A stretch of 53,261 bases of DNA, taken from a virus (Duplodnaviria; Caudoviricetes). The notes below the pieces were generated by a model that saw only the letters and a program-made list of their open reading frames with translations, did not search any database and was not told where the DNA came from. The position numbers and the translations under genes are program-made. Below are positions 8,816 to 18,744 of the stretch, piece after piece. Every line of letters begins with the position of its first letter. Position 1 is the stretch's first letter. The DNA is taken from the IMG/VR virus record IMGVR_UViG_3300025646_000056, positions 1 through 53,261 of that record. One strand, 5' to 3'.

Positions 8816-10491
8816 TGTTAGATTTAACTGGATATCAAAATAATTTCGTATGGTGGATGGGTGTGGTTGAAGATCGAATGGACCCAGAGAGACTTGGGCG
8901 ATGCCGAGTAAGAATTTTCGGAATACACCCGTCAGATAAAAACAAAGTACCAACTCAAGATTTACCTTGGTCCCACCCAATTTCTCCATTAAACTCTGCT
9001 TCAATAAGTGGAATAGGTGAAACCCCAGTTGGTCCTGTAGAGGGTACTCATGTCTTTGGTTTCTTTCGAGATGGAGAAAACGCTCAGTACCCTGTCATGA
9101 TGGGAACTGTGCCTGGTATTCCACAGACTAGGCCTGATGTGGGTAATTCAGAAGAGTCCGGATTTCAAGATCCGGGTGAAAAGTATCCAAAGGATTCAGA
9201 AAAACATGGATTGGCAGAATCGGATGTTACCCGTCTTGCGAGATACAGATGGACAGATTGGGAAGGTTCAGAACAAAAAGAAGATAAACTTCCTCCATTG
9301 GTTCAAGATAAATTAGACAATAGAATAAAGTCTGTTCCTGTTGCAAACGGACTTGGTTTCTTTAGTGAACCGCCGACAAAATATGATGCAAAATATCCAT
9401 ACAACCATGTAGTTGTTACCGAGTCTGGTCATGTTTATGAAATGGATGACACTCCAGGCAAAGAAAGAATTCATGAATATCATTCTTCCGGTACTTTCAC
9501 AGAAGTATTCCCTAAAGGCACAAGAGTTCAAAAGGTTGTAAAGGATAACTATGAGTTTACCCTTGGTGATAACTATGTAAATATCAAAAAGATTCAGCTG
9601 GATGACGAAGGAAATTCACATGGCGGAAACTTGTATGTGACAATTGAAGGTGATGTTTATGAATTCATCAATGGGAATGTAGAAAGACAGATTAATGGTA
9701 GTGTAAAAGAAACCATTGGTGGGAATTATTCAACTCATGTGAATGGTGACAGAACAATCAACATAGAAGGAAGTGAAGTAACTAAGATTCATGGTGACTC
9801 CACGAGCGAGTGTTATAACCTCACAGAGCATGTCATTGGTGGTCAAAAGAGATATTGCGAGAGTGAAATAGTTCTGGATAGTCCAAGAGGAGTTAAGATA
9901 CAAACAGTCGGTGGTAACATAAACTTAACCGCTCTTGGAAAACCTGATGTGACATCACCGACAGGTTATATTAACGGCAACATTACCACTACGGCAACTG
10001 GAATCACTGAGGTAGTTTCTGAACAATCGGTTAGTCTATTATCGAACGAAGGTTCAATTGAATTAGGAACCAACAGAGGTGACATCATAGCCGTTTCCAG
10101 AAACAATATTGATATAACTTCGGCTTCGAATCTTCGTCTAAACTCAAACGGAGAAAGTAGATTCGTATCGAATCTTAACATGTATATGGGGACAAACAAT
10201 GATATTAATATCAACTGTTTGAACTTAAATGAAACAATTGATTTGAGTTACACAAATTTCACAGGAAATGCTCACAACACCAGATGTAAACTTTTTAGTT
10301 TTACAAGTGAAAGTGATGGAACCCTGAAGGTTTCAAACTCACTCTTCTTAAATTCCACATCAATGTTGTGCAAGTCTAGCGGACTTTCTAGTTTCAGTGC
10401 ATCTCAAATAAACATAGATTCGAGTGGTGCCACCAACATGAAATCAACAGGATTGACAAGTATATCAGGTCAGGTCATCAAGTTAAATTGA
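8815..10491 (+). CDS. g5: baseplate central spike gp5 (OB-fold plus beta-helix, no lysozyme domain)
   Basis: WWMGVVEDRMDPERLGRCRVRIFGIH..LPW..VFGFFRDG; YPYNHV.TESGH..DDTPGKERI; beta-helix repeats ending IKLN. Confidence 0.93.
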   Translation: MLDLTGYQNNFVWWMGVVEDRMDPERLGRCRVRIFGIHPSDKNKVPTQDLPWSHPISPLNSASISGIGETPVGPVEGTHVFGFFRDGENAQYPVMMGTVPGIPQTRPDVGNSEESGFQDPGEKYPKDSEKHGLAESDVTRLARYRWTDWEGSEQKEDKLPPLVQDKLDNRIKSVPVANGLGFFSEPPTKYDAKYPYNHVVVTESGHVYEMDDTPGKERIHEYHSSGTFTEVFPKGTRVQKVVKDNYEFTLGDNYVNIKKIQLDDEGNSHGGNLYVTIEGDVYEFINGNVERQINGSVKETIGGNYSTHVNGDRTINIEGSEVTKIHGDSTSECYNLTEHVIGGQKRYCESEIVLDSPRGVKIQTVGGNINLTALGKPDVTSPTGYINGNITTTATGITEVVSEQSVSLLSNEGSIELGTNRGDIIAVSRNNIDITSASNLRLNSNGESRFVSNLNMYMGTNNDININCLNLNETIDLSYTNFTGNAHNTRCKLFSFTSESDGTLKVSNSLFLNSTSMLCKSSGLSSFSASQINIDSSGATNMKSTGLTSISGQVIKLN

Positions 10492-10501
10492 GGAGTATGA
10501 A

Positions 10502-11572
10502 ATGTCTTGCAAAGATTGCCAGAACAATGTACCAGATAGAACAATTGATTTAGGATGTAGAGATGATGTCCTGTCTACCAATACTCTTGAACAAATTGCA
10601 GTTGGTCCAAGTTCAAGTATAAACGATTTAATCCAACAGGGAAAAATATCAATATCAAAGATCGATAGACCTTTGGACGCGGTGAAATATGTTTCATCGG
10701 CGGTGAAAGATATCAGTGTAAGATTCGGAAAAGTACAACCCGGACTCTACTATACTGAAGAGGATGCAAAGTCATTAAATGAACAAGTTGGTGTCGTATT
10801 TGATGACATTGAAAAGGGTCTTACTAATATTATAGACCAAATGGCAGAAAGAGAAAAAGAGATCAATGATTATGTCACCGATCAACTAAAGAACAGTTCT
10901 CTAGGTAAGACCATAGAAAATATATCGGAACCATGTGAAGATATTTTTGATGGATTTGAGTTTAACAGTCCGGTACTAGATTGGGAAAATCCAATAGCAA
11001 ACTCTCCAACTTTGAAGGTTGGTACATGTAGACTTGTTACTGGATGCCAATTCTGTGATTTTCCTGGCGACATAAACATTCCTCCGTTTCCAGGCATACC
11101 TTCCTGTAATTTCACACCAGTAAAATCTTCTCTTTGCGGTTTTGAATTTTTTGATCCTATTGCTACGATTACCAATGTTGTCAATGGTTTTCAGTTATTT
11201 GCTACTGAAGTTGGTTCGTTTGCATATGCGTTTGTTGACCTTGCAAATTTAGCAACAGGGTTTTTGGGTAGGTGTATTATTCGTATATTGAATTGTTTCA
11301 CATCTTATTTTACTGGTCAAAATTTAACAACCCAAGCCAATCTTTTGACATCAAATATAAGAGAACAAATTGCTGCTACCAGTGCTTATATGAATGCAAG
11401 AGCTGCTCAGATCAGTACAGTTCTTGCGACTATTCGAAACATCGTTCAGTCTGCTGTTAATGAATTATTCAGATTCTTATCTGAAATACTAAACATGTGT
11501 GATCCGTGTAAGATTGTGGAAGCTGTTTCGAATCCAGCATCTCTACCACAACTTCCTAATTTTGGTTTCTAA
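10502..11572 (+). CDS. hypothetical Cys-containing protein, probably virion-associated
   Basis: 356-aa ORF with GAGGAG SD between g5 and g25; three CxxC motifs; amphipathic/hydrophobic C-terminal helices. Confidence 0.7.
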   Translation: MSCKDCQNNVPDRTIDLGCRDDVLSTNTLEQIAVGPSSSINDLIQQGKISISKIDRPLDAVKYVSSAVKDISVRFGKVQPGLYYTEEDAKSLNEQVGVVFDDIEKGLTNIIDQMAEREKEINDYVTDQLKNSSLGKTIENISEPCEDIFDGFEFNSPVLDWENPIANSPTLKVGTCRLVTGCQFCDFPGDINIPPFPGIPSCNFTPVKSSLCGFEFFDPIATITNVVNGFQLFATEVGSFAYAFVDLANLATGFLGRCIIRILNCFTSYFTGQNLTTQANLLTSNIREQIAATSAYMNARAAQISTVLATIRNIVQSAVNELFRFLSEILNMCDPCKIVEAVSNPASLPQLPNFGF

Positions 11573-11601
11573 AATAGTCATACATAGAGTGGGAGAATAC
11601 C

Positions 11602-11991
11602 ATGCCGAATAGATTTACATCAACAGATTTAGATTTAAATTTTTCTGCTCATCCTGTTTCGGGAGATGTGTCAAAATTAACTGGCGTGAATGCGGTGAAA
11701 AAATCACTACAAAATATTGTCCTCATGAATGCTTATGAAAAACCATTTCATCCAGAAATTGCAGGTAATATAACCAACCTATTATTCGAACTGGAAAGTC
11801 CCTTCATCGAAGTTGACATTCGAGAACGATTGGAAAAACTCATAACAAACTATGAACCAAGAGTGAGAATCAGAGACATCAAAACAATATCCAACCCAGA
11901 AAAAAATTCATTAGATTTGAGAATATATTTTTCTATTGGAATTGGTGATGTCGTAGAATTAACCACCGTATCATTAGAGAGAATACGATAA
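11602..11991 (+). CDS. g25: baseplate wedge subunit gp25
   Basis: DLDLNFSAHP..AVKKSLQNIVL..EKPFHPE..NLLFE..NYEPRV. Confidence 0.95.
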   Translation: MPNRFTSTDLDLNFSAHPVSGDVSKLTGVNAVKKSLQNIVLMNAYEKPFHPEIAGNITNLLFELESPFIEVDIRERLEKLITNYEPRVRIRDIKTISNPEKNSLDLRIYFSIGIGDVVELTTVSLERIR

Positions 11992-13841
11992 TGTCTAAAA
12001 ACACTTCACTACCAATTGACAGTCTTGAGTTTGATGATATCAAGAACAATTTAAAATCATACTTACAATCTCAAGATGTTTTTAGTGATTACAACTTCGA
12101 AGGTTCTGGTTTAAATATTCTTTTGGATATTTTAGCATACAATACTCATTATCAAGCATTCTATAATAATATGGTAATTTCGGAATCGTTTATTGACAGC
12201 GCTACAAGGCCTGATTCTATATTTTCTTTGTTGAAACTCTTAAATTATCTTCCCCAGTCAACTCTGTCTTCCAAAGCAAAAGTTACTATTTATTATAGTG
12301 ATGTCACTGGTCAGACGAAACCATTTAACAATGCAATTTTACCAGAGAAAAAAATATTCACCACGACTGTTGATTCTACTACTTACAATTTTACAAATCC
12401 AAAGTCAGCTCAATTTGTTCCCTGTTCGTTCGATGCAAATGGAAATGCAACCGAATGGGTGGCAAAAGATGTAGAGATAGTGCAAGGAACATTCTTCTCC
12501 ACTGATTATATTTTTGATAACTTGGTTTCTAGAAGATATAAAATTCCTAATGCGTTTAGTGACAATCGTTATCTTAGAGTTTATATCAAAGATTCTGAAG
12601 AAGATAATAATTCAATCTCAAACGAATGGAAAAGATCAGATTCGCAGTTGACACTCGACGGAGAAAGTAAAGTATACTTCATCCAACGAAGTTTTGATGG
12701 ATATTATGAGATAGAGTTTGGTGATGATGTATTTGGAAAAAGACCAAATGTGGGTGATGTCATTTCGATTGAATATTTGGTTTCGAAGGGCGATGAAGCA
12801 AACGAAATCGGAAAAAATGACCGATCAGGGAATAGAACATTTTCATTATCATCTGAAGGTGTTGGATATGAAGTTGTTGTTCAGGAAAAAGCCACAGGTG
12901 GAGCAAAGAAAGAAACTTCTGCATTTGCGAAGAAAGTAGGACCACTTTATTTTCAATCACAAAACAGGCTTGTTACTCCACAGGATTATAGAACAGAAAT
13001 TCTTAGACAGTTTCCTCAAATAAAATCTCTGCTTGTTTATGGTGGGGAAGACGCAGTTCCACCTCAGTATGGAAAGGTTTTTGTTGTAGCAAATACAAAA
13101 ACTTCAGTACCGTTGTCTATTCAGGAAAAAGAAGGAATTATTCGTAATATCATAAAGAAGAAAAACATAGTTGGAATCATTCCAGAGTTTATTCCTGTTG
13201 ATTACACATATGTTCGACTGAATCTTGATGTCTTATACAATGACGAATATACTTCTCTTTCATCCGATGCGGTCAAATCTATTATCAGAAATCTGATACA
13301 AGAATACACAGACAATGCACTTGAGGATTTTGGTTCAAGTTTTAGAGGGTCTACAGTTATTCGAGACACAATAGAATCAGAACCTTCAATCGTGTCGGTG
13401 AATCTTTCAACCGGAATGGAAAAACGAATAGACCCATCTTCTTTCTTGAATATTAAAAAGGACTATGACGTAGTTTTCCCAGGCGGCATTCAAAAGAAAT
13501 CATCTGGTTCGAGTATAGAAAGTAATGTGTTTGTTGCAAATGGTGTTCGATCCTATCTCAAAGATAATGGATCGGGAATCGTACAGTTGTACTATATTGA
13601 TGGTCGAGGAAACCAAGTTGTAAGTCAATCAAATATTGGCACGATTAATTATGATAAAGGAACAGTTGTTATCAAACAACTGAAAGTAGAAAGTATTCCA
13701 AATGATTCTTACATAAGAATATATGCTTCATCTAAAACTAACGACATAGAAGTTGTAAGAAATCAAATACTCTCGATCGACGAAAACGATCCAACTTCAG
13801 TGAACATTACTATAAAATTATCAGACGACATACCAGCTTGA
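11991..13841 (+). CDS. g6: baseplate wedge subunit gp6
   Basis: LEFDDIKNNLK..DYNFEGSGL..LLDILAYNTHY..ESFIDSA; QNRLVT..DY; YGGED..PPQYGKVF. Confidence 0.96.
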   Translation: MSKNTSLPIDSLEFDDIKNNLKSYLQSQDVFSDYNFEGSGLNILLDILAYNTHYQAFYNNMVISESFIDSATRPDSIFSLLKLLNYLPQSTLSSKAKVTIYYSDVTGQTKPFNNAILPEKKIFTTTVDSTTYNFTNPKSAQFVPCSFDANGNATEWVAKDVEIVQGTFFSTDYIFDNLVSRRYKIPNAFSDNRYLRVYIKDSEEDNNSISNEWKRSDSQLTLDGESKVYFIQRSFDGYYEIEFGDDVFGKRPNVGDVISIEYLVSKGDEANEIGKNDRSGNRTFSLSSEGVGYEVVVQEKATGGAKKETSAFAKKVGPLYFQSQNRLVTPQDYRTEILRQFPQIKSLLVYGGEDAVPPQYGKVFVVANTKTSVPLSIQEKEGIIRNIIKKKNIVGIIPEFIPVDYTYVRLNLDVLYNDEYTSLSSDAVKSIIRNLIQEYTDNALEDFGSSFRGSTVIRDTIESEPSIVSVNLSTGMEKRIDPSSFLNIKKDYDVVFPGGIQKKSSGSSIESNVFVANGVRSYLKDNGSGIVQLYYIDGRGNQVVSQSNIGTINYDKGTVVIKQLKVESIPNDSYIRIYASSKTNDIEVVRNQILSIDENDPTSVNITIKLSDDIPA

Positions 13842-13848
13842 GGTTTAA

Positions 13849-16800
13849 ATGACTAACTATAATCGAAATAAAATCTCAACATCAGTTCCAGAAAATCTGC
13901 CGGATTTTGTTGTTGAGCAATATCCAAAGTTTGTTACATTTGTCGAAGAATATTACAAGTGGTTAGAATCACAGGATAATGCTTATTTTGCACCATTAAG
14001 TTTGAATGGTTTGGTAGATTTAGATACTACTGTAAATGATTTTGTTGATTATTTTAAATCTTATATCTTTCCAAAGTTCCCAGAAAAAAATAAATCAAGT
14101 AAAGGTGATGAACTTGATGTACGGATCACACTGAAAAAGATTCGTGATTTTTATCAAGCAAAAGGAACAAAAGATTCTATAAAGTTTTTGGTTAGATTGC
14201 TTTTTGATGTTTACTCTGAAATATATGTTCCATCCGAGGATATCTTTGTTGCATCTGGAGGTAGATGGGATCAACCGAATATTATTCGATGTCTAGACAC
14301 AAACCCTGCCAGAAATTCTACTCTCAGAAATCTTAGAATATCTTTTTATGATTCAAATGGTAATTCAACTGGGTCTGCTAGAATCAAAGACCTAAAGCAA
14401 TTCAGTAGGAATGGCAAACAGATAATAGAATTTGATTTGATAGAAATAATTGGTAATGTTGTTTATCCAGGCACGATGAGAGCAAAAACTAATCAGGGTG
14501 AGAATATAAACATTTCTTTGATTAGTATGGTGGATAAAATCACGGTTTCTTCCAAGGGTTCTAATTATTCTCTCGACGATACGATAGTAATTTCAACAAC
14601 CTCTGGTTATTCTGGTGTATCTGCGAAGGCTTCTGTTCAGTCTTTAGACAAAAACGGAGGTATTCGATCGATTCGAATTGATGATCCGGGTCTGTTTTAC
14701 TTTCCAATTAACAACCTTTTGCTTCATTATACTTTCGATGTGACTAGTCAGACAGGAACTGGTGCGAGTGGTTTCGAAATTTATACTTCACCCCTTGTCA
14801 AAAAACCAGGCGTTTATCAAAATAATGACGGACAGCTTTCATCCACCGAGAAACTACAAGATAACTTTAGATATCAAAAACATTCTTATGTTGTTCGAAC
14901 AGAAGCCAACCTAAATGAATATAAGAATACCCTACGGGATCTTGTTCACCCCGCAGGAAAATTGTTACTTGGTGATTATTTTGTTTATAGAAACCACCAA
15001 ATACCATTGGATGCTGCTGGTTTTGGATTGTTCTGTGTTCAAGAACCATTCTTTGCTAATTATTTCCCGTATAGTATTGCAACACTCGAAGATGGTGCTA
15101 CAACTGAAGTTGGAGCGTTTGGTATTCTTCCTTCAGACTTTGACCTTCGAGGTGTTTCGACAGAAGGATTGCAAGGTTCTAATCAAGATCCTCCTTTCTA
15201 TTTTGATTATTTTCCTTTTGGATATGATGGAACAACTGGGTATACGATTGCAGACGAAGAAAGTGCGAGGTCATTACTCGGTGATGGTATTTCTTCTGGG
15301 TGGAATGTCCAAAACTTTAATAGATTCGGTGGTCAAGGAGCCACTTTAGAATTCTTTGCACGAAAGAGAATCAACAAAGCGATTATAAATTTCTATCAAG
15401 AACAAAATGATAATACTGGTTTTTATAATCATCAAAATAATGCTTTTTCTGTTGGAGAATTTGTACATCAAGGAGAAGATGGTCCAAATCAGGCAAGAGG
15501 TAGAGTTCTGAAGTGGAGAGGAAATCCTCTTGCGAGCACTCCTGGCACTCTTACGGTTGAAGTCCTTAATGGTGAATTTGTAACTGGAGTAGACCCAGAT
15601 CAAATACCAACAGGAAATACTCTCGGGTGTATTGCATATGGACTCACTCAGGGAGAAGCATATACAGGCGGCGGAAACCTAAAAAGCATCATTCAATTCT
15701 GGACAGGTGATACCGCTTCTATTCATAATGAGAATGCGTTTTCGCCTGGAGATGTTGTTTATGAATACAACTCTTCCAGTGATGGACCGCCAAGAGGAAC
15801 CGTTCTTGGTTGGAGCGGTGGTACTTACGGAACACTTACTATTCAACTCACAAGATCACCAAACGGAATTCCAGCAGAATTCAGTGGTGATACCGATCCT
15901 GATAACTCAAACTACACAAATAGAATTTCTTTCGTGACAAATGGAGGAACGGCATACACAGGCGGTGGCGTCCTTGAATCTCTTATAACTTTCAGAACAG
16001 GCGGAAATACACACGCTGATGATGCTTTCACGATTGGTGCTACAGTTTCTCAAGGAGATGCTCAGGGAGTAGTTATAGGGTGGACTGGTGGTACTTACGG
16101 GCAACTTACACTCGAAGTAGTTACTGGTGATTTCCAAACAACAACAACTTCAACTGATCCTTTATCCGAATTTACCACAAACCATGAAGAAAAGATAATT
16201 TTAGGAGCCGATGGTTCAACATACACGGACGGGGGAAACGACAGAGCAATAATTGCGTTCTGGAATGGATTAACGAATCACTCTCCTTCTGCCTTTACCG
16301 TGGGAGAAAAGGTCCATCAAGGCGAGTTTGGAGACGATCAAGCAAGAGGAACAGTTATAGGATGGATTTCGGCTTCGGCTGCTCTGACTCTTAGGGTAGA
16401 TAATGGTTCCTTTAGAACCGGAACTGAAGGTGAAGTTCCAACTGATGTCACTACTGGGTGTATAGTTTTTGGTGAAACCACGGGAATCCCATACACAGCA
16501 GGTGGTTCTTCAGATGGAAACTCTGGAGGGTATGTAATAGCTCTTCTATCGACTGAAAATTTTTACAACGGGGGAATCGTCGAAAGTGTAGTAGGATTGC
16601 CCGGACATTCTGGTGGTCATATCTTATCGGTGCAAACTGAACCATATAATTATGGTGGATTTGTAACAAATCTTGTTGAATCATATTCACTTGAATATAC
16701 TGGATCAACTTTGCCTGGATGGCCTTCAGATAATAATGATTTTTGGATTGTTCACCCTCATCCAAATACATGGCATAAAAATGTATCAGAAGGAACCGGT

Positions 16801-17055
16801 TGGGGCGATATTACGATTGGTGATTTTATAAAGAGCTCTGCTAAGTTAACTTCACCTCCTATTCGTGATTTTGAATGCGATTCGACACAAACATCAAATG
16901 ATTTTTTTTTTACTCAACCAATGACTTCTCCTAATATCATTTCGTATGATCTAACGGGCGAATTCGTAGAAGAACCATTCAGTCTTACATATGATATTGA
17001 GAGTCCTACTTCATATACACTGAGAAATGAGTGGCATATCCTTCCACCAGAATGA
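13849..17055 (+). CDS. g7: baseplate wedge initiator gp7 with repeated inserted modules
   Basis: LPDFV..YPKFVTFVEEYYKWLE, FYQAKGT..LLF, KLQDN..YQKHSYV..LVHPAG; follows g6. Confidence 0.85.
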   Translation: MTNYNRNKISTSVPENLPDFVVEQYPKFVTFVEEYYKWLESQDNAYFAPLSLNGLVDLDTTVNDFVDYFKSYIFPKFPEKNKSSKGDELDVRITLKKIRDFYQAKGTKDSIKFLVRLLFDVYSEIYVPSEDIFVASGGRWDQPNIIRCLDTNPARNSTLRNLRISFYDSNGNSTGSARIKDLKQFSRNGKQIIEFDLIEIIGNVVYPGTMRAKTNQGENINISLISMVDKITVSSKGSNYSLDDTIVISTTSGYSGVSAKASVQSLDKNGGIRSIRIDDPGLFYFPINNLLLHYTFDVTSQTGTGASGFEIYTSPLVKKPGVYQNNDGQLSSTEKLQDNFRYQKHSYVVRTEANLNEYKNTLRDLVHPAGKLLLGDYFVYRNHQIPLDAAGFGLFCVQEPFFANYFPYSIATLEDGATTEVGAFGILPSDFDLRGVSTEGLQGSNQDPPFYFDYFPFGYDGTTGYTIADEESARSLLGDGISSGWNVQNFNRFGGQGATLEFFARKRINKAIINFYQEQNDNTGFYNHQNNAFSVGEFVHQGEDGPNQARGRVLKWRGNPLASTPGTLTVEVLNGEFVTGVDPDQIPTGNTLGCIAYGLTQGEAYTGGGNLKSIIQFWTGDTASIHNENAFSPGDVVYEYNSSSDGPPRGTVLGWSGGTYGTLTIQLTRSPNGIPAEFSGDTDPDNSNYTNRISFVTNGGTAYTGGGVLESLITFRTGGNTHADDAFTIGATVSQGDAQGVVIGWTGGTYGQLTLEVVTGDFQTTTTSTDPLSEFTTNHEEKIILGADGSTYTDGGNDRAIIAFWNGLTNHSPSAFTVGEKVHQGEFGDDQARGTVIGWISASAALTLRVDNGSFRTGTEGEVPTDVTTGCIVFGETTGIPYTAGGSSDGNSGGYVIALLSTENFYNGGIVESVVGLPGHSGGHILSVQTEPYNYGGFVTNLVESYSLEYTGSTLPGWPSDNNDFWIVHPHPNTWHKNVSEGTGWGDITIGDFIKSSAKLTSPPIRDFECDSTQTSNDFFFTQPMTSPNIISYDLTGEFVEEPFSLTYDIESPTSYTLRNEWHILPPE
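15376..16690 (+). repeat. four approximately 90-aa repeated modules plus four short closing segments in gp7
   Basis: Each module reads I.F..H...AF..G..V....rG.V..W....LT.....F....YT.GG; DNA GGTGGTACTTACGG recurs in modules 2 and 3. Confidence 0.85.
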
Positions 17056-17065
17056 GGAATCAATA

Positions 17066-18715
17066 ATGTATTTCTATGATTACAACTACGATGACCAACA
17101 GGGAGAAAAGTATAATGAAATTTATACTTATGATAAAACATGGAACGAATCAAGTTCAGCTAATAGACAAAAAGTAACAGGTGTTAATCTGGAAAATTTT
17201 TGGATTGATAAGTATGGACAAGATTTTTGTCCATATAGATCAGTGGGATACAGTGACATTGGATTTCGAAAACCAAATCAAAAAAGAGTAGGTGGAATTT
17301 CTATTGGTCAACCCGGTTCTTCTCCTTTAGAATATACTAATGGTTCACATCCTCGTTATATTCATTTTGGAAACAGATTAGTTGGTGTCTGTGGTCATTG
17401 TATGTCAAGTGTTGGTCTTCCCACTGGTAAAGCTGTATTTTTTAAATCTGACGGAACAGCAATAACATATGATATAGAAAATTGGCAACCTGCAAATGAC
17501 GTAGCATCGCAAACAGCTTTTATTCAAAATCCAGTAAATTTAACTTTTTCTTTTGGTGATTTTAGAATGTTTCGTTTAACATCAGATCCAGAACTAGATG
17601 GTATTCCTGCTGTGAAAAAAATGTTTGGATTTAGCAGTAGTGCAATTATGGCAAATCAATTATACCATCTTGGTCTTGGATTATTTATGCCAGGAATCGG
17701 AAATAATGGAGCTGGCGGACTTTTTGGTGGTGGACAAAGAATTGTTTGGTCTGGTGACTCTGGTACTCAGAAGTATATTAAAACAGATGATGGATGGTTT
17801 ATGACTTCGGCGGTAGGATCTGGACCCCCTTCAAATATCATGTCTACGTTGAATCTAGTGTCCGAAACAACTGATTATGAGGAGATTGCACCTTCTACTA
17901 AAAAATATTATGTAATGGAACAACTACAAGATTATACTCCATCAATAAATCAACAAAACAATAGTACTTTTTATGATTTTAAACTACAATCTAAATTATT
18001 TGCTGATAATGAATTTGGATCTTCGTCTAAACTATCAAATATAATAACAATGAAGAAAAAGTTCGGAGATGCTCCTTCGTTTAATCCAAATATATCGCCT
18101 GAACTGGAAATTGGAACTTTTTTTGGTTCAGGACTTACTCTTTATATAAACCCTGAAGGAAATTCAACTGTATTCTCTCCACTTCAAAATAATATGTATT
18201 CTGCAAATCAACCAAGTTCATCTCAAGTATCATATATCATGAACGATGGAAATGTTCTAGGAGATGGTTCAAATCTTCAAAACACAGATGTTTTTATTCC
18301 ATATGCAGGTGAAACTGGATCATTGGTTTGGGAAGTTACAAACCCTTGGGGAATGGATTCTGTTTCCTCTATAATTGATATTGTGGCTTTGGATCCACTT
18401 GTATACACCTATGGTTATGATCCATTAACTAAAGTGTTTTCTGGTACTGTTTCGGGTGGTACTGATTTTGATTTATCTATTCCTCCACAAATAAGTATTT
18501 TTTATTCTTTTTCGAGTGGAGCAACTGCATCAACAGTCACTGAAGAAACATTCAATTTAGAAATAGATATGTCCGATTTCGATACATTATATGGAGTGAC
18601 TCTCGGTGAATCTTTTATAGCTTATGGATCTGTAACGAGTCGGGTAAATGAGAATCAAAACATAAGTAGTACCGTTTATGGTGAATATACTTATGGTGGA
18701 TTGTTACCGAGTTAA
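17066..18715 (+). CDS. putative virion trypsin-like (PA clan) serine protease
   Basis: VGVCGHC, GDFRMFRL and SGDSGT occur in His-Asp-Ser order; likely start is ATG 17066 after a GAGG SD (track start 17027 overlaps g7). Confidence 0.6.
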   Translation: MYFYDYNYDDQQGEKYNEIYTYDKTWNESSSANRQKVTGVNLENFWIDKYGQDFCPYRSVGYSDIGFRKPNQKRVGGISIGQPGSSPLEYTNGSHPRYIHFGNRLVGVCGHCMSSVGLPTGKAVFFKSDGTAITYDIENWQPANDVASQTAFIQNPVNLTFSFGDFRMFRLTSDPELDGIPAVKKMFGFSSSAIMANQLYHLGLGLFMPGIGNNGAGGLFGGGQRIVWSGDSGTQKYIKTDDGWFMTSAVGSGPPSNIMSTLNLVSETTDYEEIAPSTKKYYVMEQLQDYTPSINQQNNSTFYDFKLQSKLFADNEFGSSSKLSNIITMKKKFGDAPSFNPNISPELEIGTFFGSGLTLYINPEGNSTVFSPLQNNMYSANQPSSSQVSYIMNDGNVLGDGSNLQNTDVFIPYAGETGSLVWEVTNPWGMDSVSSIIDIVALDPLVYTYGYDPLTKVFSGTVSGGTDFDLSIPPQISIFYSFSSGATASTVTEETFNLEIDMSDFDTLYGVTLGESFIAYGSVTSRVNENQNISSTVYGEYTYGGLLPS

Positions 18716-18719
18716 AAAA

Positions 18720-18727
18720 TATAAATA
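18720..18727 (+). promoter_or_regulatory. T4-type late promoter for g8
   Basis: Exact TATAAATA in the intergenic gap. Confidence 0.8.
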
Positions 18728-18744
18728 CCAAGAGGATAAAATAA

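Noticed and set aside
17027-17065. ORF-track start at 17027 (likewise 31841 for PAAR and 47410 for g3)
   Set aside because: 17027 and 31841 overlap the upstream gene and 47410 precedes the g3 SD; in-frame ATGs at 17066, 31889 and 47422 fit SD position or gene packing better
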